Positions 51,693-64,000 of a DNA stretch of 64,000 bases are shown one piece after another. The translations under genes were made by a program, and so were the position numbers. Source of the stretch: Octopus vulgaris (Eukaryota); the NCBI GenBank assembly GCA_951406725.2, contig OX597833.1, positions 3,658,001 to 3,722,000 of the forward strand. Direction: 5' to 3'. The notes beneath the pieces were generated by a model. That model saw nothing but the letters and a program-made list of their open reading frames with translations. It was not told where the DNA came from and ran no database searches. Position 1 is the stretch's first letter, and the number at the start of each line of letters is the position of its first letter.

Positions 51693-52228
51693 CGCCAGCC
51701 CATCCATCCACCCATCCACCCACCCATCCGTCCATCTATTCATTCATTCCAAACTCATCTATCTATCTGTCTGTTTGTTTGTCTGTCTGTCTATCTATCC
51801 ACGATTCTGCCAGCTCACCGCCTTATTATTATTGATAATAATAATGATTTCAAATTTTGCCACAAGGGCAGCCATTTGGCGGGAAGGGATTAAGTCGATT
51901 ATATCGAAAGGACGAAAGGCAAAGTCGACCTCGGCGGAATTTGAACCCAGAACGTAGCGGCAGACGAAATACCCATTTCTTTACTACCAACAAGGGGCTA
52001 AACACAGAGGAGACAAACAAGGACAGACAAACGGATTAAGTCGATTACATCGACCCCAGTGCGTAACTGGTACCTAATTTACCGACCCCGAAAGGATGAA
52101 AGGCAAATTCGACCTCGGCGGAATTTGAACTCAGAACGTAACGGCAGACGAAATACTGCTAAGCATTTCGCTCGGCGTGCTAACGTTTCTGCCAACTCGC
52201 CGCCTTCATCATCATCATCATCATCATC

Positions 52229-52275
<47 letters not shown>

Positions 52276-52717
52276 CAATCCCTACTACTAAAGGCACAAG
52301 GCCTGAAATTTTGGTGGGAGGGGACCAGTCGATTACATCGACCTCAGTATTTCACTGGTACTTAATTTATCGATCCCGAAAGGATAAAAGGCAAAGTCGA
52401 CCGCAGAGGGATTTGAGCTCAGAACGTAAAGACGGACGAAATGCCGCTAAGCATTTTGTCCGGCGAGTTAACCATTCTGCCAGCTCTCCGCCTCCGCTAT
52501 GTATACTCTCTTTTCTCTCTTTTACTTGTTTCAGTCATTTGACTGCGGCCATGCTGGAGCACCGCCTTTAGTCGAGCAACTCGACCCCGGGATTTATTCT
52601 TTTTGTAAGCCCAGTACTTATTCTATCGGTCTCTTTTTGCCGAACCGCTAAGTAACGAGGACGTAAACACACCAGCATCGATTGTCAAGCAATGCTAGGG
52701 GAACAAACACAGCCACA

Positions 52718-52759
<42 letters not shown>

Positions 52760-52950
52760 CATATATATGACGGGCTTCTTTCAGTTTCCGTCTACCAAAT
52801 CCACTCACAAGGCTTTGGTCGGCCCGGGGCTATAGTAGAAGACACTTGCCCAAGGTGCCACGCAGTGGGACTGAACCCGAAACCATGTGGTTGGTTAGCA
52901 AGCTATTAAAATTTAAAAAATGATTCTGTATAAGCACCCCATCCATTTAC

Positions 52951-53088
52951 CAGCGGCGATTCCTTTCCGATTACGAGTCCAGAGAATTATTACCGCCAAA
53001 ATCAAGAAGACGAGAAGCACGAAGCAAACGGAACTCAAAACAATGGCGATTGGGACGCCCGTCTCCGATTTCCTCACGTTGGTTTTTT
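52951..53088 (-). CDS. Transmembrane exon of the TSP1/TM gene
   Basis: Acceptor cttgttttcctgacag, donor gtaaat, 138 nt, phase 1/1. Encodes VPIAIVLSSVCFVLLVFLILAVIILW followed by basic TRNRK. Confidence 0.8.
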
Positions 53089-54033
53089 CTGTCAGGAAAA
53101 CAAGAGGAAAGAAAATATATATAAACAAAAAAAAAGTCAGAAAATAAGACAAAAAGGCAATAAAATAAATAATTCAAATAAAATGATTTAAAGCAGTTGT
53201 TTAAATTACGCTTTTTTCTTGTTATTATATTTAAAAAAGTGGTAAAAATGGCGGGCTGTAAGAATCGTTAGCACGCCGGGCGAAATGCTTAGCGGTATTT
53301 CGTCTGCCGCTACGTTCTGAGTTCAAATTCCGCCGAGGTCGACTTTGCCTTTCATCCTTTCGGGGTCGATAAAGTAAGTACCAGTTACGCACTGGGGTCG
53401 ATGTAATCGACTTAATCCGTTTGTCTGTCCTTGTTTGTCCTCTCTGTGTTTAGCTCCTTGTGGGTAGTATAGAAATAGGTATTTCGTCTGTCGCTACGTT
53501 CTGCTACGTCCGATGCTCTAACGATTCTGTCTTGTCACTGCCATTGGTTTCTGATATAGAAACAAGGCTAGAGATTTGGAGCGGAGGGGCTTGATCCTGA
53601 TACTTGATCTGATCAATACTGGTGCTTTATTTTAACAAGTCCAAAAGGACGAAAGGCAAAGTTGTTCACTGGGGAGTTTGAACTCAGAGCGCAAGGTGTA
53701 ACCAAGAAATACCGACAAGCAGTTTTTTCAGTGCACTGACGACCTTGTCAATTCGCCGCCTTCGCGTTCGAAGTGCTCTTTGCCCTAAAATTGGGTGAAG
53801 GATAAGATTGTGTCCTTACTATGAGCAGAGGCAATACATGCGTACGCATACACACACACACACACACACGTACACACACGCTCTCTCTTTCTCTCTCTCT
53901 TTCACACACACACACATGCACGCACACATTCACACTCTTATGTTCACGGTCTCACATACACACAAACATGCAAATTTCCAGTAAAGAAAAACAAATTAGA
54001 CACGAAAAGAAATGTCAAAACAGTTTTACTCAC

Positions 54034-54225
54034 GCATTGCTGTGACGGAAGGTAAATTGCCTTTAGTGCAAATCGTTGACATGCAGGCTCGAATTTGTTG
54101 CGCAGCACCTTCACACATTGGAGACCCGAAAGGGTTCAGACATGACCGGGTGCGTATCTGGATCCCGTCGTCGCAATTTCCAACACACTGGCTCCATTCA
54201 AACCAAGACGTCCATTTGTTATCCA
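54034..54225 (-). CDS. Thrombospondin type-1 repeat exon 2
   Basis: WTSWFEWSQCVGNCDDGIQIRTRSCLNPFGSPMCEG...C...C; acceptor tgcag, donor gtgagt, 192 nt, phase 1/1. Confidence 0.88.
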
Positions 54226-54226
54226 C

Positions 54227-54309
<83 letters not shown>

Positions 54310-54315
54310 TACAAA

Positions 54316-54582
54316 ATATAGTTTACAAAAAACACAAAACAAAAGACGAAGACGGATGTGTAAACAACAAACAGATGTATTAGTTTAACGCTGGGGAAGT
54401 GAGAAAGTCTTTTACGTTTCGAGCCTACGCTCTTCAACAGAAAGGAACACAGAACTAAGCAGAGAGAGAAAATATAAAAAGGGTTTAGTACTAGCGATCA
54501 AGCATGGCGAATGCCGGGCAGAGGTGGTCAGACAGGAGAGCGAGGAACAATGGGAGATAAATATATATATATATATACATAT

Positions 54583-54637
<55 letters not shown>

Positions 54638-54644
54638 TACATAC

Positions 54645-54702
<58 letters not shown>

Positions 54703-54801
54703 ATATGTATATATATATATATATTTATCTCCCATTGTTCCTCGCTCTCCTGTCTGACCACCCCGCCCGGCATTCGCCATGCTTGATCGCTAGTACTAAA
54801 C

Positions 54802-54803
<2 letters not shown>
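54316..54803. mobile_element. Penelope-type terminal-repeat fragment with hammerhead-like motif (54409-54444, minus) and fold-back palindrome (54481-54803)
   Basis: Sits between (TA)n runs; related fragments at 42586-42672 and 55030-55105. Arms 54481-54561 and 54723-54803 are reverse complements. Confidence 0.65.
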
Positions 54804-54860
<57 letters not shown>

Positions 54861-55299
54861 CATATATACATACATATATATATATACATACATACATATA
54901 CATATACAGATACATATGTGCGTGTATGTGTGTGTGTGTGTGTATACTTGTGTATATGTATGTACGTATTTATGTATATGAGTATATTTTTTACATTGCA
55001 AAGGCAATGGAAAAAGTAAATTTTTTAAATGTATTAGTTTAACGCTTAAAAAAGCTGGTAAAGTGTCTTAGCGTTTCGGACACTCGTTCTTCACCAGAAA
55101 ATGTGGATAAGAAGAGTAAAGCAGGAGTGTGAATTAGAAAAAAGTGATAGAAGAATGAAAGAAAAAACTAGGCGAGTGGTTAGGGGCCAAGTTGGGAGTT
55201 ATGAAGGCAGGAACTAGTCCCCCTTTCTTGGGAAGGGTTGCAAATGAAAAAGAAAGAGAAATAAGAAACAGGGACAACAGCAACAAAACTTGTACTCAC

Positions 55300-55491
55300 G
55301 CATTGATGTGGGAGTAGGTATACTGTCTTTTGAGCAAATGTCTGAATTGCAGGTTCGAATCTCTTCGGCTGTACCTTCACACGTAGGCCCTCCAAATGGG
55401 TTCAAGCAAGTTCGAGTTCGTATCTGGAAACCTTCGTTGCAAGTTCCAACACAAATGCTCCACGCAAACCAGCTTGCCCAATTACTGTCCA
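55300..55491 (-). CDS. Thrombospondin type-1 repeat exon 1
   Basis: WASWFAWSICVGTCNEGFQIRTRTCLNPFGGPTCEG...C...C; acceptor ttccag, donor gtgagt, 192 nt, phase 1/1. Confidence 0.88.
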
Positions 55492-55542
55492 CTGGAATAT
55501 ATATACACACACAGTATATATATATCTGTGTGTGGTGTGTGA

Positions 55543-56654
55543 ACATACATACATACATACATGCATACATACATACATACATACATACATACATACATAC
55601 ATACATACATACATACATACATACATACATACATACATACAGACATACATACATACATGCATACATACATACATACATACATACATACATACATACATAC
55701 ATACATACATAAATACATACATACATGCATACATACATACATGCATACATACATACATACATGCATGCATACATACATACATACATAATACATTCATTCA
55801 TACATACATACATACATACATGCATACATACATGCATACATACATGCATACATACATACATACATACATACATGCATACATACATGCATACATACATACA
55901 TAATACATACATACATACACATACACACATACATACATACATACATACATACATACATACATACATACATACATACATACATACATACATGCATGCATAC
56001 ATACATACATACATACATACATACATACATACATACATACATACATACATACATACATACATACATACATACATACATACACACATACATACATACATAC
56101 ATAAATACATACATACATACATACATGCATACATACATACATAAATACATACATACATACATACAAACATACATACATACATACATACATACAAACATAC
56201 ATACATACATACATACATACATACATACATACATACATACATACACACACATACATACATACATACATACATACATACATACATACATACATACATACAT
56301 ACATACATACATAAATACATACATACATACATACGTACATACATACATACATGCATGCATACATACATGCATACATACATACATACATACATGCATACAT
56401 ACATACATACATACATACACACACACATACATACATGCATACATACATACACACATACATGCATACATACATAAATACATACATACATACATACATACAT
56501 ACATACATACATAAATACATACATACATACATACAAACATACATACATACATACATACATACAAACATACATACATACATACATACAAACATACATACAT
56601 ACATACATACATACATACATACATACATACATACATACATACATACATACATAC

Positions 56655-56685
<31 letters not shown>

Positions 56686-56740
56686 AATACATACATACAT
56701 ACATACGTACATACATACATAAATACATACATACATACAT

Positions 56741-56790
<50 letters not shown>
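55543..56790. repeat. ~1.25-kb (TACA)n microsatellite
   Basis: Directly visible. Confidence 0.95.
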
Positions 56791-56791
<1 letters not shown>

Positions 56792-57265
56792 CAATCACAC
56801 ACACACAGATAAAGGCAATCTTCATATCCAACTTAACACTGTTAGAACATTGAATACCGCGTTATAAGTCTTGAGAAATCCTCTCATATAAGCGCTCGGT
56901 GCATAAAAGTATACACATAAATCAATAAGTTATACAACATATCGCTTTGAGAACAATTGAACTGTCAATCATGCGTTATTGTTATGAAATTTATCGAATA
57001 TTTCAACTTTTATTTTTTCTATTATCTTGAAATTCATTGAACAATGGAATTCGTATGAACATGTGATCTATTAAAACATGTTTTAACAAATTTTCCCTTG
57101 TACCTTAATCTCTGTTAAGCTATATTTTATTTCCCATTGAAAACAAAGTATTGTTGAAACCGGTATGGTATTTTAATCAATATGTCAAAACAATTCAAAA
57201 CTACAATTCATTTTAAGACTCAGAGGCATTTCACCCACCAAACCAACACACACACGCACGCACGC

Positions 57266-57313
<48 letters not shown>

Positions 57314-57369
57314 CATACATGCGCACTCATGTTTTGAGTTCTATTGGCACCACCAAACTCTCTCTCTCT

Positions 57370-57426
<57 letters not shown>

Positions 57427-57924
57427 CTGTGTCTATATGCAGAAGGTGTATATAAATAAATGATATATATGTATATATGTGCGTGCATGTGTGTGTATTT
57501 GTGTATACATATGTATGTATAACGCAGTGAGTATCTTTTTTGTAATACATCTTTCGAAAACGAAATCTTTATCTTATTCATTTATTTATGTATGGGTTAT
57601 CAATGTTATTCCAAGTCTACACCTTGCTAAATAGGAATTCTAAAAGTCTAAGAATCTCTCCTTTAAAATGTTTCTATTTTTACAAGAACTTTTCTTTTCA
57701 ACTAATGTTGTTGATGTCGTACTCTTGTTCCTTACACATTTGTGCAGCGGATATCTCAACTGGACCAAAGGTACGTTTCCAGTTTCGGCATACAATCGCT
57801 TGTCGGGTGGGTGCACAAAGCACTATGAAATTCTAGGCATGTTGTTATTTCTGCATTAACCAGCATATCCGCACCCCACCTTGTCTTTATGCATAAGGTA
57901 TGTGTGTGTGTGTGTGTGTGTATA

Positions 57925-58146
57925 CCGGGTGTTCAAAAAGTCTCTCCGCAGTGAAGTTTTTTCATCTTGCGCATCACCATGGCGCTACTTCAGCAGTTTT
58001 TCGGTGACCAGATAATTTCGAAGGGACTTTGGTCACCAAGATCACCAGATTTAACACAGCCAGACATTTTTTCTAGGGAGCAATTTAATGGTTTTCGCCC
58101 GAAAACCATTAGACACTTACTGCGGAAAGACTTTTTGAACACCCTG
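57925..58146 (+). mobile_element. Internally deleted Tc1/mariner-superfamily element
   Basis: TA-flanked TIRs ccgggtgttcaaaaagtct...ccgcagt / actgcggaaagactttttgaacaccctg; internal [20 protein letters not shown] (WPPRSPDLTPxD motif). Confidence 0.85.
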
Positions 58147-58150
58147 TATA

Positions 58151-58251
<101 letters not shown>

Positions 58252-58275
58252 GTGTATGTGTGTGTGTGTGTGTGT

Positions 58276-58375
<100 letters not shown>

Positions 58376-59006
58376 AGAAAGTGCCAATGATGTGGATTTG
58401 TTTGAGGTGGACCTCTGCTTTCCAGAATGTGACCCACAAAAATTTCGGGCCTTGTGCCTGAATGAGATTAAGGTATAAAAATATTATAATAAATATTTTT
58501 AATCGATTATGTATGATCTTAAATACGCCATCTTGACATGCCTTTTTTTTTTAGCACTGTAGTTATTTCGGACCAAAAACCTTTCTGCTCGTTTAATAAA
58601 TTCTTAAACGGGAAATTTATTTAGTGATACACACGTGTGTGTATGTATGTATGTGTGTGTGTGTTTGTGTATGTTTTTGTTTAGTTGTGATGTTTTACGT
58701 ATTAGGACGGAAGCGTGTATTTAATTAGATGTAACTTATCTGAAAGCGCGTCCGTCAGTCATTAACGGCTAACATCTGGAATATCACTTATGTATTTATA
58801 CATGCATGTATGTATGTATGTATGTATGTATGTATGTATGTATGTATGTATGTATGTATGTATGTATGTATGTATGTATGTATGTGTGTGCGCGCGCGTG
58901 TGTTTAGTGTGTATACATATAAATAAGTATTTATATGCATAAGCATAAACAGATATACGTTCACGGAAATAAATTCACAGCTACAAGCACAAGCATTCAC
59001 CCACGC

Positions 59007-59066
<60 letters not shown>

Positions 59067-59070
59067 ATAC

Positions 59071-59124
<54 letters not shown>

Positions 59125-59128
59125 ATAC

Positions 59129-59233
<105 letters not shown>

Positions 59234-59270
59234 ACTAATGCATGTATATCTAGGACACTTACATAAACAC

Positions 59271-59333
<63 letters not shown>

Positions 59334-60647
59334 CTTGCATTCACACACACACACTCAGACAAGCACGCATGTGTGTGTATATTCATAGTTTTCTATCAGA
59401 AAGAAAACCTGAAGCTATGAATACAGGAAGGAACTAACAGGTTGTATTATTCGGGTATCTGGATAACACAGCAGATGTGAGTTGATGATAGGGAGACTTA
59501 GTGATAAAAAACTTGTTTTAAGGGTACTTACTGTATCACAAGAGGTTTGAAACACATCCGATGAATTATATCATTGATCGAAAGGTGAAAAGAAACACGA
59601 CAATAGGAATACATTAAAGAGTCGTTCTAAGAAGTATTCTAAATATCCATAAACAGTGGGTAGACAAGGTATTCAATTTTATAAATTATTATTGTAATAT
59701 TTTATCAGTTTAAGGCGGTGAGCTGGTGGTATCGTTTGCACACCGGACAAAATGCTTAGCAGCATTTATCTTTTAGAGGTTGATAAAATAAGCAGCTTGT
59801 GTAACGAATAACAATTAGCACATCCATCTTAATTTGGATAACCCCAATCCACCTCAACACCACCCGCTCCCATTGAGACCCATCCTTCCCCTGCAGACAA
59901 TGAACCCACCTGCTCCCCACCAACAAGAAAACAAAAAAAAAAAAAAGAAACAGACAAAATACCGAACAAGAACCCAGCCCAATTTTCTATTTATTACGAG
60001 GAGAAAAGACGCAAAAGAGATGTTGAAAGACTATCAACGGTGTGACAGGGACAGCGATACGTGCGCTTTAATCGCGGATGAACGTTTAGAGGAATTCATG
60101 GAAAAATGTAAAGAGATGAACTATAAAGTGTTTAGAATAGAATTGAAAAAAGAGACAATTACGGAATTGGAAAAGAGATTTGAGAAGAAAATAGAGAATA
60201 ATGTGTATTGTATTTCGGACAGGTAAGTGATGCTGGCGGATGGGGCCGTTAGTATCACTTTCATCGATCATTTTCATTTTCCATTTTTTCATACACGTAA
60301 TTGTGATGTTTTATGTCCCCAATGTTCTGTATCTTCTATGTTGGCCCCTTGTGGGTAATAAAGAAATCGGATGTGTTTTGAACGCCATAGACTGCATTAA
60401 AATCTCGTATAGACGAGATAACTACAAAACCTGCTTCTGTTGTTTATGTTTAATTTATACACAACTCACCAGATTTTTGCGCCACCACACACTGTTTAGC
60501 TAGTTTTAAACTCTATCGGTTTGACATATTTTCCATTTGGTATTCAATGCTTAGTTTCCTGTTGCTGACGATTCAAAATTTACGATGAATTCATGATACA
60601 ACAGTGCCATATGTCAGTGCCGACGAAATTTCGTCAACCGACATAAT

Positions 60648-61010
60648 CTGTACTTTAAACGTCTGTACGAGATCATTTCCCTGTACTTTAAACGTCTGTA
60701 CGAGATAATTTCTCTGTACTTTAAACGTCTGTACGAGATAATTTCTCTGTACTTTAAACGTCTGTACGAGATCATTTCTCAGTACTTTAAACGTCTGTAC
60801 GAGATCATTTCTCAGTACTTTAAACGTCTGTACGAGATCATTTCTCTGTACTTTAAACGTCTGTACGAGATCATTTCTCAGTATTTTAAACGTCTGTACG
60901 AGATCATTTCTCTGTACTTTAAACGTCTGTACGAGATCCTTTCTCTGTACTTTAAACGTCTGTACGAAATCCTTTCTCTGTACTTTAAACGTCTGTACGA
61001 GATAATTTCT
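60648..61010. repeat. Minisatellite, 11 x 33 bp (ctgtactttaaacgtctgtacgagatcatttct), inside a degenerate TIR element of about 60376-61045
   Basis: Period 33 from 60648. aacgccatagactgc (60381-60395) is the near reverse complement of gcagtctacggcgtt (61024-61038). Confidence 0.9.
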
Positions 61011-61485
61011 CGGGACGTTTACCGCAGTCTACGGCGTTTGGAAGGAGACATCGAAGTTACGTTGGAAGCGCTAACATATTCTTTTATTCTTTTACTTGTT
61101 TCAATCATTAGACCGCGGCCACGCTGGAGTACCGCCTTGAAGGGTTTTAGTCGAATAAATCGAGTCCATGTTTTTTTAAAGCCTAGTACTTATTCTATCG
61201 TCTTTTTGGCTAAACCGCTAGGTTACGGGGATGTAAACGCACCAACACTGGTTGTCAAGCAGTGATGGGGAGAACAAACACAGACACCTTACGATCGAGA
61301 GCCAAATAGCGTAACCACTAAGCTACACACCGCCTTTACACTCATGCTTATAATCATACTCAAATCACACACAAAATACAATTTCGGAAGCAAAGTCTCT
61401 CAGAAAAACACTTCCATGAAACAGAAATAATACAATGCCAAATACGTCTCTTCTCATTCTAGATGGATTATCGCCCTTTACTTAC

Positions 61486-61637
61486 TGTCAACGTAAAACT
61501 CGACTTCTCGGAAGCCATTATTGTAGCTGGAATACACGGAGAGAACCGTGATGTTTACGGAATTTGTCAAGACTGGTTTTAGGTCAAAGGTGTCCCAAAT
61601 TGCAAGGTCATCTTTCCAAGAAGTTCCATTGTTTTGG
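61486..61637 (-). CDS. Exon encoding the C-terminal half of a galactose-binding/F5-8 type C-like domain of the TSP1/TM gene
   Basis: Acceptor tttactctcag, donor gtaagt, 152 nt, phase 2/1. Encodes QNNGTSWKDDLAIWDTFDLKPVLTNSVNITVLSVYSSYNNGFREVEFYVD; phase is compatible with the TSP1 exon at 55491. Confidence 0.72.
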
Positions 61638-61792
61638 CTGAGAGTAAACTAAAAGAAAGAAGAATGAACGAGAAAAAGTAAAAATTGTAAAAAAATATTT
61701 ACGCTTGGACACAAAAGAGACATTTTGAAAAAAGCATAATGAAAAAATGACGAGAACAGATGTGTGATATAAGTCATGTATGTGTATGTATG

Positions 61793-61826
<34 letters not shown>

Positions 61827-62439
61827 TGTATGTATGTATGTATGTATGTATGTATGTATGTATGTATGTATGTGTGTATGTATGCATGTATGAATGTATG
61901 TATGTGTGTATGTATATATGTATGTATGTTTGTATTATGTATGTATGCATGTATGTATATATGTGTGTGTATGTATGTATGGGTGTGCATGTGTGTATGT
62001 ATGTATGTATGTATGCATGTATGCATGTATGTAGCTATGTATGTATCTATGTATGTACGTCGGTTTTTGTATTTATCGATTTATAGACACACACATATGG
62101 ACATGAATATATATGTACACACAGATATATATATATACGTACACGTACACACACATATATATATACGTTCACATACTTATATGTACACACGCACACACAA
62201 ACAAACACACACACACACACACACACACTATAACACATGCATATATGATGCAGTCTTTGCCAAATCGAGGATGTAATTGCTCCTGGAAACACCTTTAATT
62301 AAAATCATTACAACAGGTATCGGACTGAGAGTTCAGGTAACCAGATTACGACCAATGAAACCAGAATACCATTAAACCCTGTACTCAGGTACTCTAATCA
62401 GACTACATTCATGCTATATATATATATGTACTTTGTCAA

Positions 62440-62720
62440 ATGTAATGCCTAACATGTGAATTATAGTCGTAAGGGGCTGGTTAATCCCTTTCTGAATTTG
62501 TTTAGTACGTAGCCCTTTGTTAATCCATCTCTTCATAGTCTCATGGCCCGAGGTGTAATCTTTCTTTTACGTTTATTTTTCTACGATGTCGAGACCGATA
62601 TTGTCACATATCTCTGCACTGTCGAAAAGTCCCATACTATTGCAAAAGAACTTCTTTTTTTTAACACAGATAAATATTTTGTCGAAGAGTGCCGCCATTT
62701 CAACCATATTTCATTAATAT
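62440..62720 (-). mobile_element. Penelope-like reverse transcriptase relic
   Basis: Frameshifted ...VKKR..FCNSMGLFDSAEICDNIGLDIVEK...L*RDGL resembles the PLE RT pattern FDVTMGSxDGAExCELVGL...GLYRDDGL. Confidence 0.6.
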
Positions 62721-64000
62721 TTCTTCTTTCAATATTATTCAAAAGAGGAATTCCTTTCAACTATCCAACTCTATTTGGAGATCGAAAGAGAGCAAATTTG
62801 AAAGAATAAACCAGAAAAAAAAAATATATCAATCTCTGTCGGTTTCGAGAATGACTATTTAGTTGTCCGATCAACAGAATTACCTACTCATTGAATTAGC
62901 TAATAAGCCAATGAGTTTCCCACAGATACGCGTACCTCTAGAATCAACATGACAGGATGTGACAAGGCTGGATCTTCAAACAACAAACACATTCCATGCA
63001 ATTGTCTTGACATAATTACCGTCCATCTTGTTTAAGTTATTTGCCAAAGATGTCACGCAATAGGTTCGAACCCCGGAGCTTGTGATTACGAAGTGAACTA
63101 CTTAACCGTTGGGCTATGATGCTTCCATCTACAGAAACAAAATCAATTCGGTCACAAAATCTACATTTTTTAAATGGTGGCCGACATAAATGACCAGTCA
63201 TGATATCGTGGGATTAACAAATCAAAGTACATTTAATTCCAAATACCACCCAATCAGATTACAATATTGCATTCATTAACCAATCAAATAATAGCTATGT
63301 CTTTTTTTTTATCGTTTAGTCAAGAAAGAAGAATTTGGCCATAATCTCCTTCAGAGTCTGTGACGCAAGCGAAAGGCAGAGAAGAAAGGAGGGAAGTACG
63401 GATATTGAAACCCTCAAACCGGAGGCCTAGACTGGATTCTGGCAACGGAGTGGATTCTGTTAAAGCCAGACGAGAACCATGTGGTGGTATTAAACCGGAC
63501 AAAGGATTAAACCTACCACTCAAATGAGATTTGAACCGAGGACGCAAGAATTCGAGATAAACACTGCAAAACATTTCATTCAACGCATCGATGGCACTGC
63601 CATTTGGTCATGTAATAATCCTTTCTATTATAGGCACAAGGCCTGAAATTTCGAAGGAGGGGGATAGTCGATTACATCGACCTCAGTACACAACTGGTAC
63701 TTATTTTATCAACCCTGAAAGGTTGAAAAGGAAAAGTCAATCTCGGCGGAATTTGAACTCAGAACGTAAAGACGGACGAAATGCTACTAAGCATTATGTC
63801 CGGCATGGTAACGATTCTGCCAGCTCGCCGCCTTTATTTGGTTATGAAATAATGATTCCGAACAATAACCAATCAATGGATAGTTTATCTCAAACAAATA
63901 AACAAGCAGAAACATTGATTGAATGTAGCAACCCAATGATATTACGGTCTACTTGTTATATTAAGGCTGCGAGCTGGCAGAAACGTTAGCACGCCGGGCG

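Noticed and set aside
57736-57850. Additional exon of the TSP1/TM gene
   Set aside because: Splice-like sites exist, but no single frame is both stop-free and phase 1/1. The 61486 donor joins the 55491 acceptor in frame without it.
60566-60604. Hammerhead (ctgttg-CTGACGA...caacag)
   Set aside because: Lacks the GAAA box and stem III.
60648-61010. CRISPR-like array (33-bp repeats)
   Set aside because: Repeats are contiguous with no unique spacers and no cas genes; it is a minisatellite.

Overview
AT-rich, microsatellite- and SINE-dense animal genomic DNA. The SINE families, C2H2 zinc-finger gene and long (TA)/(TACA) arrays suggest a coleoid cephalopod, probably Octopus (inference). Three host genes are supported. 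(1) An intact, intron-free DNAJC16-type ORF on the minus strand (1533 to <1), absent from the ORF track because it runs off the window. (2) A six-finger C2H2 zinc-finger exon (16929-17909, +). (3) The 3' part of a minus-strand single-pass membrane protein gene assembled by hand from six exons: galactose-binding/F5-8C-like domain, two TSP1 repeats, TM helix and short tail (61637 to 49702). The rest is mobile-element debris: Penelope-like pieces, CR1-like, L1/Tx1-like and R4/Dong-like LINE fragments, Tc1/mariner relics, MITEs with 8-bp target duplications, and several modular tRNA-derived SINEs. Most notable are minimal hammerhead-ribozyme motifs, including a U3-A8 covariant core in a Penelope-like terminal repeat and a decayed one behind a tRNA-type SINE head. 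Also notable: a 9 x 222-bp array of SINE heads, shared LINE/SINE 3' tails, and a duplicated symmetric TSP1 exon whose acceptor abuts (TA)n near a large hairpin. All calls come from manual reading; no searches were run.
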